In this document: piece after piece, positions 12,695 through 24,856 of the stretch
Numbering within the stretch: position 1 is the stretch's first letter
Layout: each line of letters opens with the position of its first letter
Source of the DNA: Octopus sinensis
Taxonomy: Eukaryota
NCBI RefSeq assembly: GCF_006345805.1
Contig: NC_043004.1
Span: forward strand, 41,106,001 to 41,170,000
DNA length: 64,000 nt
Direction of reading: 5' to 3'
Notes under the pieces: generated by a model
The model's input: only the letters and a program-made list of their open reading frames with translations
Databases searched by the model: none
Told to the model about the DNA's origin: nothing
Made by a program: the position numbers and the translations under genes

Positions 12695-13289
12695 ATATGG
12701 TGATGTTTTTATGTGTGAGATTGAGAAAATATTATCCCTAACTGAATGCTGTCAAATAAGTGACAATGATCAGGCAGGTTTTCTACAACCACATGCCCTT
12801 CCGGTTGCCAACCCTCACCTATTTTCCAAGCAAGGTAATATATCCCCATGACCAGCCACACTTCCTCCGGAAGACTGGAAATGGACATCATCACTTGTAT
12901 GATGGTGATTCTCATTTACATTGGTCATGCGATGTCAAGTCAAGGTTTCACACAAATACACACACACCCATACATAGATAGCAAGCTTCTTTCAGTTTCT
13001 GTCCACCAACATCACTTAAGGCTTTTGTTGGCCCAGGGCTATGAGCCCAAGGTGCCATGCAATGGTACAAAACTCAAGACTACATGTTTTGGAAGCAAAC
13101 TTTTTAACCAAATGTCCACGTCTGTATCTGTTGCATACACTTTTGCCATGTTTTTGTAAACCATGGGATCATAGCTTGTAGGTTTTCAATAGGCCACTCG
13201 CTGCTTCACTGTCTTTTTGATGGTGATAGTTACAAGTACTTTTTTCCTCAGAAAACCAGGTCTGAGAGGGTTTAAATTAAACTGGATCT

Positions 13290-13343
<54 letters not shown>

Positions 13344-13344
<1 letters not shown>

Positions 13345-13752
13345 TAGCAGTATCGCTGGGCGTTGCTCGGGTTTGTTTCAATCCTTTAGAATTGGAATTT
13401 TTGAAAAGTAAAAATTTTGCATTATGTAGCTTGTTATTCTCTTTAAGTGAACATTTTTCTGGTTGAAATACACCGAAAAATGGCGACACAGCAGTCAAAA
13501 ATCGTAAAAAATAGGGATTTTTTTCACACCTTTTTGATGTAAATATACCTTTTTTCATACACCTTTTTGATGTAAATAATTTTTGGTCTTAACATGGTCC
13601 GATTTGAATTTTATCTTCTACGGAATGAAGAGCAAGCTTTCTTCTATCATACTCTCAATTTTGGTCAACTTGTGCCACAGGGTCTCAGAGGAGATAGTGT
13701 TAGCTGAAGGCTATCAAACCTGCCACACACAGACAACTTCAGCTTATATATA
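13344..13752 (-). mobile_element. Non-autonomous Helitron-like element next to (TA)n
   Basis: ctagcagtatcgctgggcgttgctcggg is the reverse complement of a hairpin plus CTAG 3' end; homologous to 568-965. Confidence 0.75.
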
Positions 13753-13772
13753 AAAACACACACAAAAACACA

Positions 13773-13862
13773 ATATTCTTTTTCTCTCTTTCAGAAAGCA
13801 AGGAGATCCTAGTTTTATAAATTTTATAGACTGTTGTTTTGGCTCTGAAGATATTTAGAACT
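13773..13862 (+). pseudogene. Decayed duplicate of Nup214 exon 4668-4762 with its acceptor
   Basis: atattctttttctc.ctttcagaaagc..ggagatcctagttt.ataaatttta.agac..ttgttttgg aligns to 4646-4750; 1-nt insertion, about 16-nt deletion, no donor. Confidence 0.85.
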
Positions 13863-13899
13863 AACTCCGTTGGAATAGATATCACAGCTGTATCTAAAG

Positions 13900-14218
13900 C
13901 AGTTTTTCTCAACCATTTTTTGCCTATGGACCCTTTTTGATTACTATCCTATTCTGGTGGACCCCTAAAGCCATTCATTGTGTGAAAATGCTAATTTTAT
14001 AGATGCTCTTTTTAAAATTCCTATTTTGTTTTTCACACTATAAATTGTTTAAGTTGAACTATGTAAAACATTAGAGAAAGAAACCTGTTTCTTGCAATAC
14101 ATACATCTAAAGCAAACATTTTTCAAGGACCCTTAAAATACTACTGTGGATCCCCAATTCACTATTTTGCTTGCATGAACCCCAAAAGTCTTACATGGAC
14201 TCTGGTTGGGAACCACTG
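13900..14218. mobile_element. hAT (Charlie-like) MITE
   Basis: TIRs cagtttttctcaacc / ggttgggaaccactg; 8-bp flanks atctaaag / atccaaag. Confidence 0.75.
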
Positions 14219-14381
14219 ATCCAAAGTATATTTTTACTTTTAATTACCTATGCTTTATGAAACCATTTTTCACCAGTCTTTGATCTGCACCAGATGCATC
14301 ACTGCTGAACCTCTGCCCCACCACCCTACAATTTTCCCTCCCATCAACATACTGTATGAATTTACTTTTTATTTGTTGCAG

Positions 14382-14460
14382 CCTGCAGCACCTGTTTCAA
14401 GTGGTCCATCTGCCCTTGACCAAGTACAACCTGCAAAACCTTCCTTATTTGGTACACCTG
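14382..14460 (+). CDS. NUP214: Nup214 exon (PAAPVSSGPSALDQVQPAKPSLFGTP)
   Basis: ttgttgcag acceptor, G|gtaagt donor, phase 0 to 1. Confidence 0.8.
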
Positions 14461-15604
14461 GTAAGTCGGCTAATATACATACAATCTAATGAGGTAACCT
14501 CTATGGTTGGTTGACCCGCTAGAAGTAGCAGCTAAATTTCATTCAAATTACGCTCTATCTTTAAGAAAAATCAGAACACATTGGATAATGTCATTCTGGG
14601 TATACTGCCTGAAAATTTTTGGCATGGTCATGATTGGAAAGTACTTATTTGATAAGACCCACTTATGTCTACCAGCATCAACAATCAGTATATCATCATT
14701 TACATCCATTTTCCATGCTGGTATGGGTTGGTCTGTTTGTCAGGATCTGGTGAGCCACTGGGTTGCATCATATTCCATGTCAGTTTTGGCATGGTTTCTT
14801 TGGCTGGATGCCTTTCCTAGCAACAATCACATTAAAAATCCTTTTTTTTTTCTTTTTTTTTTTTTGTGCCACTGGCATTAGTGAGTTTGCTAACTTGCAG
14901 ACAGGAAAGAACAAGAAAAAGGAGAAAAGGAAAACTCCCCTCTTGACTGAGTGGTGGGGAGCATTTAAGAGTGTGGAAAGGAAATTTTTATGCTAGAGAC
15001 AAGCAGATGTGTCTTGTTATGGAAACGATGCATGCATGGCTACCTTGCATTTATGTAAGGGTGAAAGGGAGTATCTGGGGTAAGGAAGATAGAATGGTAA
15101 CAATGGAAGCAAGAGATGAGATGGGCATGATATATGAAATAACAAGGTGGCTACCTGGCAGAATCATTAACATGCTAGGCAAAACAGTGGCATTTTATCC
15201 GTCCTCACGTTCTGAGTTCAAATTCTGCTGAGGTCAACTTTGCCTTTCATCCTTTCAGGGTCAATAAAATGAGTATCATTTGAGCACTGGGGTTGATGTA
15301 AACAGCTTTACCCCTCCCCCCGAAATTGCTCGCCTTGTGCCAAATTTGAAAGCAGCATTCGAACTAACAGGATGGTCATGGTTGGAATACCTTTATTAAC
15401 TATAGATCTGTTTGACTGCAGCTGGCTCAACAATAGTCCCATCTGACCAGTGAAACATAAGGATGAGAATGATCATGTCCTATATTCAAATTAATTCATG
15501 TCATGGCTACAGGGAGAAACTAAGAATTGCAATGGAGTGCATCCTTAGTTTTGAACATATTTACTCTACTTCATATAAAGAGTTTTTTTTTTTTTTCTCA
15601 GTGG

Positions 15605-15890
15605 TACATCCAAACGTTTGTGTATGTGTGCAAATATTCATATGTGTACTTGTATATGTGATTATGTATTACATGTGTGTATTTATTTCTGTATATATGT
15701 ATGTACATGTTTTTGTGTGTATGTGCATATGTGTTTATATATGTGTGTACATATGTATTTATATATTTGTGTGTGTATGTGTTTATATAGTTATGTATGT
15801 GTATGTGATTATATTTATGTATGCGTGTGTGTTTATATATTTATATACATGCTTGTAGTTCTATATGTATGTATGTATGTGTGTGTAGTT
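15605..15890. repeat. Degenerate (TG/TA)n microsatellite
   Basis: Visible low-complexity run; its ORFs are artefacts. Confidence 0.9.
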
Positions 15891-16103
15891 ATACAGGATC
15901 GGCCAAAAGTCGCCTGACAGTAAATCAAAACCATTTAATTCCAAGATTTATTTATATTTAACAACTGAATGAATTTAATAAAAGCATATAAATAAGAAAC
16001 CTCGTGAAAATAGTTCAAACTGAAGTCCTTCTTGTGCGACACATTTTTCCATTCAAATCAATACAAAATTACAGGAGTGGCTGTGTGGTAAGTAGCTTGC
16101 TAA

Positions 16104-18187
16104 TCTCTGACGTGCTCAGACGTGTTTTTTGGCTGCTCCAGTTGTCACATGTTTCAACGTGAAATGTTGAATTTTTGAGACTCGACTACAGGTAGGCGTG
16201 TTGTATTTTTGGGGGGCTTAGTGAAGTTTATTGCTCTGCATTTAATATTTTTTAGCAAGTAATAGACTCCACTTTGCTCTGGACAATTTTTCTGCCTGTA
16301 GTCGAGTGTAAAGACTCACTTTGCAGTGAGAATTGTGTTTTTTGAGGAGGTGTAGCCCCTCCTCAAAAATTATTTGCTTTCGAGGAGATTACCAACAACA
16401 ACCAAGGACTGTTTTCATTGGGATTTACCAGGAAGCACCAAAGACTGTTGAACGTTTGGCCAGGAGTACCTTTTCGGCCAAAATAATTAATTCCTTTGCT
16501 GAATTTGAACTCTTCTTCAAGCTATCGTTATTTTTAAGGAACTTTTTTTGAACTTCTATTTTTATTTCTTCCCTTCTGTTGTGTTTTCCATTCTCCTTTT
16601 TGTGACCTATTTTATTTTTTGTTTGAACTATTTTTGAACTACTATTTTTATTTCTTCCCTTCTGTTGTGTTTTCCATTCTCCTTTTTGTGACCTATTTTA
16701 TTTTTTTGTTTGAACTGTTTTTGAACTTTACGTTATGGCAAAGGAACTTATTGTGTGGGACCTAGCACCTCCCAAAAAATATTTAAAAGAGTTGGAAAGG
16801 AAGACCGTGGTGTTGAGGACATACTCGAAGTCGCTCGACACCATAGCAGTCTTCCCAAAGGCTACTATTTTAAACGAGCTGGCAGACTACATGCCAGCCG
16901 TTAAATATATCGCTCGGGGAGTTAAATACGCAACGGTTTGGTTGCTATTTGACTCCCCTAAAGCAGCTTGCAAATTTGCAAGCCAGCCTATCGAGGGCGA
17001 AAAAATATTGTTTCTCCCCAATTATATGGGAGAAAAACTGTTGAGAGCTCGGATCTGCGGATTACCACCAGGCATTGAGCCCGAGTGGATAGAGGACTCT
17101 ATCCGCCGGGGCTTGGATGGTAGCAGTTCCAAGCTACTGAACGTGAAAGTGCAGCCTGTGGCTAACTGGGAGGGGTCAAAAGCTGTTTTGACCCTATGGA
17201 CCCAGTCAGCCAAAAGTCTGGTTTTACCGGACTTTTTGGGGATGGCCGAGTACAGGTATCCGGTGATGCTTGAGGGACGCCCCCCCAAGTGTCACCTGTG
17301 CCTGGAGACCGGCCATATTAAGAAGAACTGCCCCAAGGACCAGAGTAGGATCCTGGAGCAGTTGATGTTGGAGCCTCTCCCTGCCCCCCCAATGGAGGGA
17401 GAGAAACAAAGCGAGGAAGCGGTGACTTCCTCAACAAAAAGAAAAAGAAAAGTGGGGTGCAATGGCGACCCACCAAAAGAACCGGAAACTGCGGGAGAAA
17501 AAGAGGACCCAGTGCGTACAACAACGGAACCTCAACCTCCTGAGGCCCAAGGTAAAAAGAAAAAGAAGAGAAATGGGATGCCACCGGCGGATTGTAACAT
17601 GCAGACGGCGTCGCCCATGTCTCCTCCGGCGGTTGTGTGGCCGGTAAAACATTCTGTGGTATTCTTCTATAAAAAGGAATATTAGAGAATGAAATAGGTA
17701 AAATGAGGAGGAGAGGCCAATGGGAGGGACTTTGGTTCTGCACGGAGGATCCCGAGTGGCCTTTGCAGCTGGCTGTGGAGGTCCTACTGGATAAAGATCT
17801 GTGCAGGATCACGAATTCTTTCCCGGAGGACTCCTTTCGAGTTATGCCTGTATGGGGCCTGACGAAGAACGATTGCCTCAATGAAGCAAGAGGTCTGGTC
17901 GGCCGGGTAACGTGAACCTGTTTTTGTATTATATTGAGAAAGAGGTTTATTGCCTCTTATAAAATTTTTGAATTTGTAATTTGTAAAATTTGGAATTGTT
18001 GTGAAACTTTGAAATTTTTCTAAAATTTTTGGGAAAAAAAGAACAATGTCTTAGAGAAGCGAAAGTCGGCAGGCGCTTTTGTCTTCTCCCATCACCATCT
18101 TCGTCCATCACCATCATTCATTAATGTCTTTTGTCCAGCCCGCAGCTACTCTGTGTACTACCCTAGTGGCAAATTATATATGAAATA
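16104..18187 (+). mobile_element. ORF1-only non-LTR retroelement (L1/Tx1-like) inserted in a SINE B copy
   Basis: 14-bp TSD aagtagcttgctaa at 16090-16103 and 18188-18201; SINE B head (16071) resumes at 18202; single gag-like ORF, no endonuclease or RT. Confidence 0.8.
16735..17685 (+). CDS. Gag-like ORF1 protein with CCHC zinc knuckle (316 aa; probably longer originally)
   Basis: GRPPKCHLCLETGHIKKNCP is C-x2-C-x4-H-x4-C (17290-17331); basic KRKRK and KKKKR patches; ATG start. Confidence 0.8.
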   Translation: MAKELIVWDLAPPKKYLKELERKTVVLRTYSKSLDTIAVFPKATILNELADYMPAVKYIARGVKYATVWLLFDSPKAACKFASQPIEGEKILFLPNYMGEKLLRARICGLPPGIEPEWIEDSIRRGLDGSSSKLLNVKVQPVANWEGSKAVLTLWTQSAKSLVLPDFLGMAEYRYPVMLEGRPPKCHLCLETGHIKKNCPKDQSRILEQLMLEPLPAPPMEGEKQSEEAVTSSTKRKRKVGCNGDPPKEPETAGEKEDPVRTTTEPQPPEAQGKKKKKRNGMPPADCNMQTASPMSPPAVVWPVKHSVVFFYKKEY

Positions 18188-18201
18188 AAGTAGCTTGCTA
18201 A

Positions 18202-18535
18202 CCAACCACATGGTTCCGGGTTCAGTCCCACTGCGTGGCATCTTGGGCAAGTGTCTTCTGCTATAGCCCCGGGCCGACCAATGCCTTGTGAGTGGATTTG
18301 GTAGACGGAAACTGAAAGAAGCCTGTCGTATATATGTGTTTGTGTGTTTGTCCCCCTAGCATTGCTTGACAACCGATGCTGGTGTGTTTACGTTCCCGTC
18401 ACTTAGCGGTTCGGCAAAAGAGACCGATAGAATAAGTACTGGGCTTACAAAGAATAAGTCCCGGGGTCGATTTGCTCGACTAAAAGGCGGTGATCCAGCA
18501 CGGCTGCAGTCAAATGACTGAAACAAGTAAAAGAG
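18202..18535 (+). mobile_element. SINE family B, 3' part of the split copy
   Basis: Continues exactly from the head at 16071-16103. Confidence 0.88.
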
Positions 18536-18778
18536 TATAGTATTTTTGGAATTTTGATTTACTGCCGGGTGACTTTGGCCAACCCTGTATATGTGTGTAC
18601 AATTTGTATTTATGTATGTGTGTACATGTATGTATTTATATATGTATATATTTGCATGCATTATTATATAAGATATTTAAATTCCATAAGTGTATGTCGA
18701 GGTAATTCTCATTCCGATGTTGAATTATTATTTTTTTTTTATATTTATTTTATGCAAATTTCTACTTGTTCATTCTAG

Positions 18779-19210
18779 GTACTAGTGTCTTTGGAAATAT
18801 GTCTGGCTCACCACTCATGGGTCAGCAGCCTAACGTAGGGTCAACATCAACTAGTGCTCCCACTGCAGGACAGGGCTTGAACCAGACCCAGTTTGGACAG
18901 TCAAAGCCAGGCTTATTCAGTTTCACTGGGAGTTCTACTACTACTACTACAACATTTGGTTTGCAGCCACAGCAATCTCAAGGTATATTACCAACACCTT
19001 CACCAGAATACAAAACTGGTTCAGGCCCAGATGCATCTGCCATTAGCAGCACCACTTCTGCAGCAGAAATTAAACCCCTAGCTGGTACATCAGCACCAAA
19101 TTCTTTCTCATTTTCTGCTCAGCCATTCATGCAAGCCCCAGCTGTAGCTACATCATCAGCTCCTGTTTCAACCTCAACTGTACCCATGTTTAACCCAGCT
19201 TCCAATAACA
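18779..19210 (+). CDS. NUP214: Nup214 exon (S/T/P-rich with FG motifs)
   Basis: cattctag acceptor, A|gtaagt donor, phase 1 to 1; lies within ORF 18766..19278. Confidence 0.88.
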
Positions 19211-20126
19211 GTAAGTTTTGCATTATAGCTTTGCCTTCATGCTCTTGCATAAATTTACCATTAGTAAACTATCTCTGATGGTGTTTGTTGTTGTTTAGCA
19301 GGTCTATTATCCAGTATTCTAGCCATGACCAATTCATCTTATATATCTAAGAACACATTCTCCAATGTGCTCTGCCTTCTAAGATGGTGTGGTGTAATTT
19401 GAAATAGATTGGCTGCTATACCTAGGAGATCAAATGACCACATAGTCTCCCTCATTGGTTCATTATATATCTGGTTTAGTTGATTGACCCCCAAATCATC
19501 CCTGACAGTGCAGACCTCTTACTAAAAGTGTCTTGGCGATGGCTACTTCATTCTTCTCTAGGACTACATTGTCCATTGTGTCCCTCTCTTTCACAGACTG
19601 TATGGTGTAATTCAAAGGAGATTTGGCTGCTATTTTTAGCAGGTTTAGGAATTATGTTGTACAGGGGTGTGAAACCTTTTTGTACCAAGGATGAACTTCA
19701 CCAGTCTAGATTGGTGAAATTTATGCCATTTATGCACCTCTGCAGAAAATACTTGAGCAAAGTGGAAAGTCCAGAGCGTTGATCCTTTTGGAAGGAAACA
19801 AGCACATTATCAATTTCCCAGTATCCTTGGTTCTGTAGCCTTGACAGATGAACCATTTTGCTGGACCTACCAATTATGCATTAATTACTAATTATGTCAT
19901 GTAACTACAGTTACGTTCCATTTTTCTCAACAGTCCAACTTAATCTTGAATTGATATCAATTGGTGTTTATGCTTGACCCTGTCACTAATGCTCTCGGTT
20001 ATCTTACCTGTAGAGGCCTAAGCTAATACATAGAAGATCTCTTAAAATTATCTCGTCACTCACAAGTTCAGTGTAAATAATGCATGTAAACACTTGGTAC
20101 ACCTGATGCCACCTGTGATCATGTAG

Positions 20127-20353
20127 TTATTTCTTTACTACCCACAAGGGGCTAAACACAGAGGGGACAAACAAGGACAGACAGACGGATTAAGTCGATT
20201 ACATCGACCCCAGTGCATAACTGGTACTTAATTTATCGACTCCGAAAGGATGAAAGGTAAAGTCGACCTTGGCAGAATTTGAACTCAGAACGTAATGCCA
20301 GACGAAATACGGTTATGCATTTCGCCCAGCGTGCTAACGATTCTGCCAGCTCG
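20127..20353 (-). mobile_element. SINE family A
   Basis: Flanked by the direct repeat cctgtgatcatgtagt. Confidence 0.85.
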
Positions 20354-21405
20354 CCTGTGATCATGTAGTATTGTAGACTGGTGGCCTCCTCATGATTTCT
20401 CCAGATTAATGGAGGTGTCAAACCAGTTGGTGTATCTGTGGTAGAAAAAAACAGAGAAAGGTGACAGCATGACTGTAAGCCTTAGGCTGAGAACGTCTGA
20501 GTGATTTTATGCTAGTCAATCAGGTGCTCCTTTTCTGGATGTGGTCAAGGATATTGCTTATGGAGTTTGAGTGTAAATCTATCCCACTGTCCCAGTATAT
20601 CCCCAGCTGTGGTTGTTATAACAAATCACAAAGCTAGATATTTTCCATCACATAAGCGCAGGAGTGGCTGTGTGGTAAGTAGCTTGCTAACCAACCACAT
20701 GGTTCCAGGTTCAGTCCCACTGCGTGGCATCTTGGGCAAGTGTCTTCTGCTATAGGTCCGGCCCGACCAATGCCTTGTGAGTGGATTTGGTAGACGGAAA
20801 CTGAAAGAAGCCCGTCGTATATATGTATATATATGTATATGTATGTATGTGTATGTGTTTGTGTGTCTGTGTTTGTACTCCTAGCATTGCTTGACAACCG
20901 ATGCTAGTGTGTTTACATCGCCGTCACTTAGCGGTTCGGCAAAAGAGACCAATAGAATAAGTACTGGGCTTACAAAGAATAAGTCCCGGGGTCGATTTGC
21001 TCGACTAAAGGCGGTGCTCCAGCATGGCCACGGTCAAATGACTGAAACACGTAAAAGAGTATATAATTTTGGGTATACTCATGTACGCGTGCACACACAC
21101 ATCCATATGTGACATTCCTGCATATTGTCCATCTATCAATTTCACCTCTCTAGGTATTGATTGGTTAACCTGATGCTGTGGAAAAAGACCTTTATGAAAG
21201 CCAACACGATGTGGGATTGAACTCACAATCTCATGGTTGTGGAATGTGAATTTCTTTACTACACAACCATATCTACTGTGCATTACGTTTCTGTTTGTTT
21301 TATTTGTTTTTTAATTGTCTTGTTTTTTTGTTTTACATTTATCAATTATACCACTTTAAACTCTTATTGATTTCAGTAAAACCTTTTTGTTTTTTTGTTC
21401 ATTAG

Positions 21406-21732
21406 AATCCAATAATGAGAAGCCAATACCATTTGGAGCAAGTACCCTTCCAGAAAATAACAAACCTTCAATATTTGGTGCGGCATCTTCAAACATCGGA
21501 TCCAATCAGCCTGAATTTTCTGCGGCCACAACCATGGGTTCACCTGGACAAGGTTTCAGTTTTGGAGCTAAAGCTGCACCACTTCCAGCTACAACAGTTA
21601 CTAAACCTGATACTAGTGGTGTGTCAGCACAGCCCAAAGAACCAGCCAAGTTTGAAATGTCATTACCTGCACAATCAACCACTCCCGCAAAACCTCTTGT
21701 ACCTCAGAACAATGTAATGAGGTCTGCTTCAG
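21406..21732 (+). CDS. NUP214: Nup214 exon (KPIPFGAS...GFSFGAK...)
   Basis: ttcattag acceptor, G|gttggt donor chosen because the next exon needs phase 1. Confidence 0.82.
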
Positions 21733-22386
21733 GTTGGTCTTCAACAAAGTCTTATCTGTTTGCCTGCTTTTATTTTTCCCTATCTCTCTTTCTCTCTCCT
21801 TTCTTTTTGCTGCGTTTGTCAAGTTCATTATGGATTCCTTAACATTGAAACTTAGTCCTACAAAAAGTCGTTATTTGTTCAAGCCAACCACATTTTATCT
21901 TACTGAGATATGGCCTTTAATAGATAGAAAACCACTTCAAACATACACACACACACACACACACACACTGCCGCCGCTGTCATCATCATCATCTACTCTG
22001 CTTTTCCTGTCGGAGTAGCCAGGTATCTCTTCTGCAGCAAGGGACACCTGTTCTACCTCTACCACACTCTTGTTTCTCAACACCTGACATAAGCTTCCTC
22101 CCTTTATACCTTTCCACTCTGTCAAGAGGTTGTGTTTATGAGCTACTAAGCAACCTTACTAGCGCTGGTGACATGAAAAAATGCACCTGGTACACTTTGT
22201 AAAATGACTGGAATTAGGAATAACATCCAACCATAGAAACCATGCCAAAAGAGACACTGAGGCACAATACAATCCTTTAAACCTGCCTGATCCTTTCAAA
22301 CCATGCAATTCATGCCAGCCAGCATGGAATACAGACACTGAATGATGATCTTACAGAAAGTTAAGCTGTTCTTAGGTGCATCATTT

Positions 22387-22747
22387 GGATCTTTTCGGTT
22401 TGAACGGCAGATTTTTCTAGCGGTGTCATATGAAATTGTTGCCCATAATTATGACCCTAGCATCGATCTATTGCATTTCAATCTGTTAAACCCAATCTGT
22501 TTCTTAAACGAGGGACATATTCATACGGCACAGAATGTTTTTTTTTACCTCAATAGACGTCAGTGATTAGTTGAAATTGCAGAAATTGAAGAAAAAAACA
22601 ACAAATATCTTACAAACTATAGAATTTTCTCAATAAAGCCATGAGAAAAAGATGTTTTATAAACACATTCTACCAGTATACGAAGTTTAAAATTTTTTAG
22701 TTACCTAGAAATTATGTTAAAAACTGCTGTTCAAACCGAAAGGATCC
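22387..22747. mobile_element. MITE with about 23-bp TIRs (superfamily unclear)
   Basis: GGATCTTTTCGGTTTGAACGGCAG...CTGCTGTTCAAACCGAAAGGATCC; second copy at 56566-56976 carries about 50 extra internal nt. Confidence 0.8.
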
Positions 22748-22944
22748 TATCCTTTTGTTTCCACAAATAAATATATCATACTCTTTGTTGTATGATTATT
22801 AAAAGGTTGAAGTTTGCTTTAATCACAGTTTGAATCATTTAGCTTTTGTTTGTACTTCTGATGAAATTCTTTTTTTGATTTCACTAGTTTCAGTCATTAG
22901 ATGAAGCCATATTAGGACATCACCTCTTAGGGTACACTCAATTA

Positions 22945-23178
22945 TAAGGCGGCGAGCTGGCAGAAACGTTAGCATGCCAGGAGAAATGCGTAGCCGTATT
23001 TCGTCTGCTGTTACGTTCTGAGTTCAAATTCCGCCGAGGTCGACTTTACCTTCCATCCTTTCTGGGTCGATAAATAAAGTACCAGTTCCGCACTGGGGTC
23101 TATATAATCGACTTAATCCCTTTGTCTGTCCTTGTTTGTCCCCTCTATGTTTAGCCCCTTGTGGGTAGTAAAGAAATA
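22945..23178 (+). mobile_element. SINE family A
   Basis: Full head-to-tail match with the other copies. Confidence 0.85.
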
Positions 23179-23796
23179 TATATAGACATCAGTACTTATC
23201 AAATGATTGAGCAGACCAGTGATAAAGGTGTTTGAGCTGTGACCATCATGGATTTCTTCAAGATATAGTGTAATTAGAGCTACATTATTGAATATGCTCT
23301 TTTCCTTTTTCAAGATAATAGGTTGTGATTTGAGAATGACTTAGCTGATTTTTCTCGAGGCTGCCTAAGTTTAGTTGGAAGACTACGGGTCTCTTGTTGC
23401 TTTCGTTTTGATTTCCGTGTGACTCACAAAGGCTGTTAAAATTAAAATACTTGACTGAGCCATTGTAATTTGCCATAGACAAGTCACATTATTTTGTTCT
23501 ATGATTGACAAAACAATGTTGCAACCCCTTTTCGAAATTAAGCATTCCAACTGATATTCCACTCACACCAGCATGGAAATAAGGATACAAAACAAAGGAG
23601 CTTATCAACACAATAAATAAGGGTGTTTCTACATGGTTTCTCAGTCTGTTAGAAATAGCAACCAAATCTCACTCTGATCACACCCTTTGATCTTGAAAAG
23701 AAAGACATACTGAATAATGTGGTCCTAGAAATACAGATCACCATGGCTGGAACACTTTTAGTCATTTGGAAGTAAAATGAACTTAGCAATATCCAA

Positions 23797-23853
<57 letters not shown>

Positions 23854-24529
23854 CACGCTCTTTACTCTTTCCAGTCATGTGACTGCAGCCATGCTGGAGC
23901 ACTGCCTTTGGTTGAAAATATCAACAACAGGATTTATTCTTTGTAAGCCTAGTACTTATTCTATCAGTGTCTTTTGCTGAACTGCTAAATTATGGGAACA
24001 TATACAAAGCAACATCGGTTGTCAATTAATGATGGGCGTACAGACACATACACACACAGAGAAATATACACATATATGCAACAGTCTTCTTTCAGTTTCT
24101 GTGTACAAAATCCACTCACAAGGCTTTGGTTGGCCTGAGGCTATTATATGTGTGTGTATATATATATATATATAAATCCTACACTGCTAAGCTAAGATTT
24201 TCTGTTGTTTTTCAATCTTTTTTCTCATTCATATGCTATTATTATTTACTAATATCTATTTTCATAAACGATGATGATGATTATATATATATTTTTTTTC
24301 TTGAAATGTTAAATTCTCACAACTCCACGAACTAGCATCAGCCGTTGAAAAGTTGAATTTAAAAAGAATAGCCCAGGTGGGAAGGAAGTACTTTTTTTTA
24401 GTAACCATTGTTTTTTCACCAACTTAGTTTTATATTTCATGTTTAAGAAACTAATGAAAGGTGAATCTTGGTTAAAAGTTGTTTGTTATATTTTTTTACA
24501 TCATTTTGATTTTTTTGATTTTTGACTAG

Positions 24530-24657
24530 GTGCTCAAAAACCTGTTAAACGCAATGAATCTGGTGGCATGGTTTCAAATACTGAGGTAGAACGCAAGCCA
24601 CAGACAAGCACTAGTGAAGCTCTTGAGAGCACCTTTACAAAAAACATATTGGAAGAG
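24530..24657 (+). CDS. NUP214: Nup214 exon (AQKPVKRNES...TFTKNILEE)
   Basis: tttgactag acceptor, GAG|gtgaat donor, phase 1 to 0; leads into the coiled coil. Confidence 0.85.
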
Positions 24658-24856
24658 GTGAATATACGTGTGTTCTTCAATTGCAAGGGAATAAATGGGA
24701 ATGGTGGTAGTATTGGTAGTGATAAGAGTTGATGCCGTTTAACCCAAGGTCAGCCCTAAGATTAAAAATGCTTGATTAAGGATGTTCCAGGTTTAGCAAT
24801 TCTGTTGTTTTACATTTGGTGTGTATATATATATATATATATAATATATATATAGA

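Noticed and set aside
15463-15917. 131-aa and 99-aa ORFs
   Set aside because: Translations of a TG/TA microsatellite.
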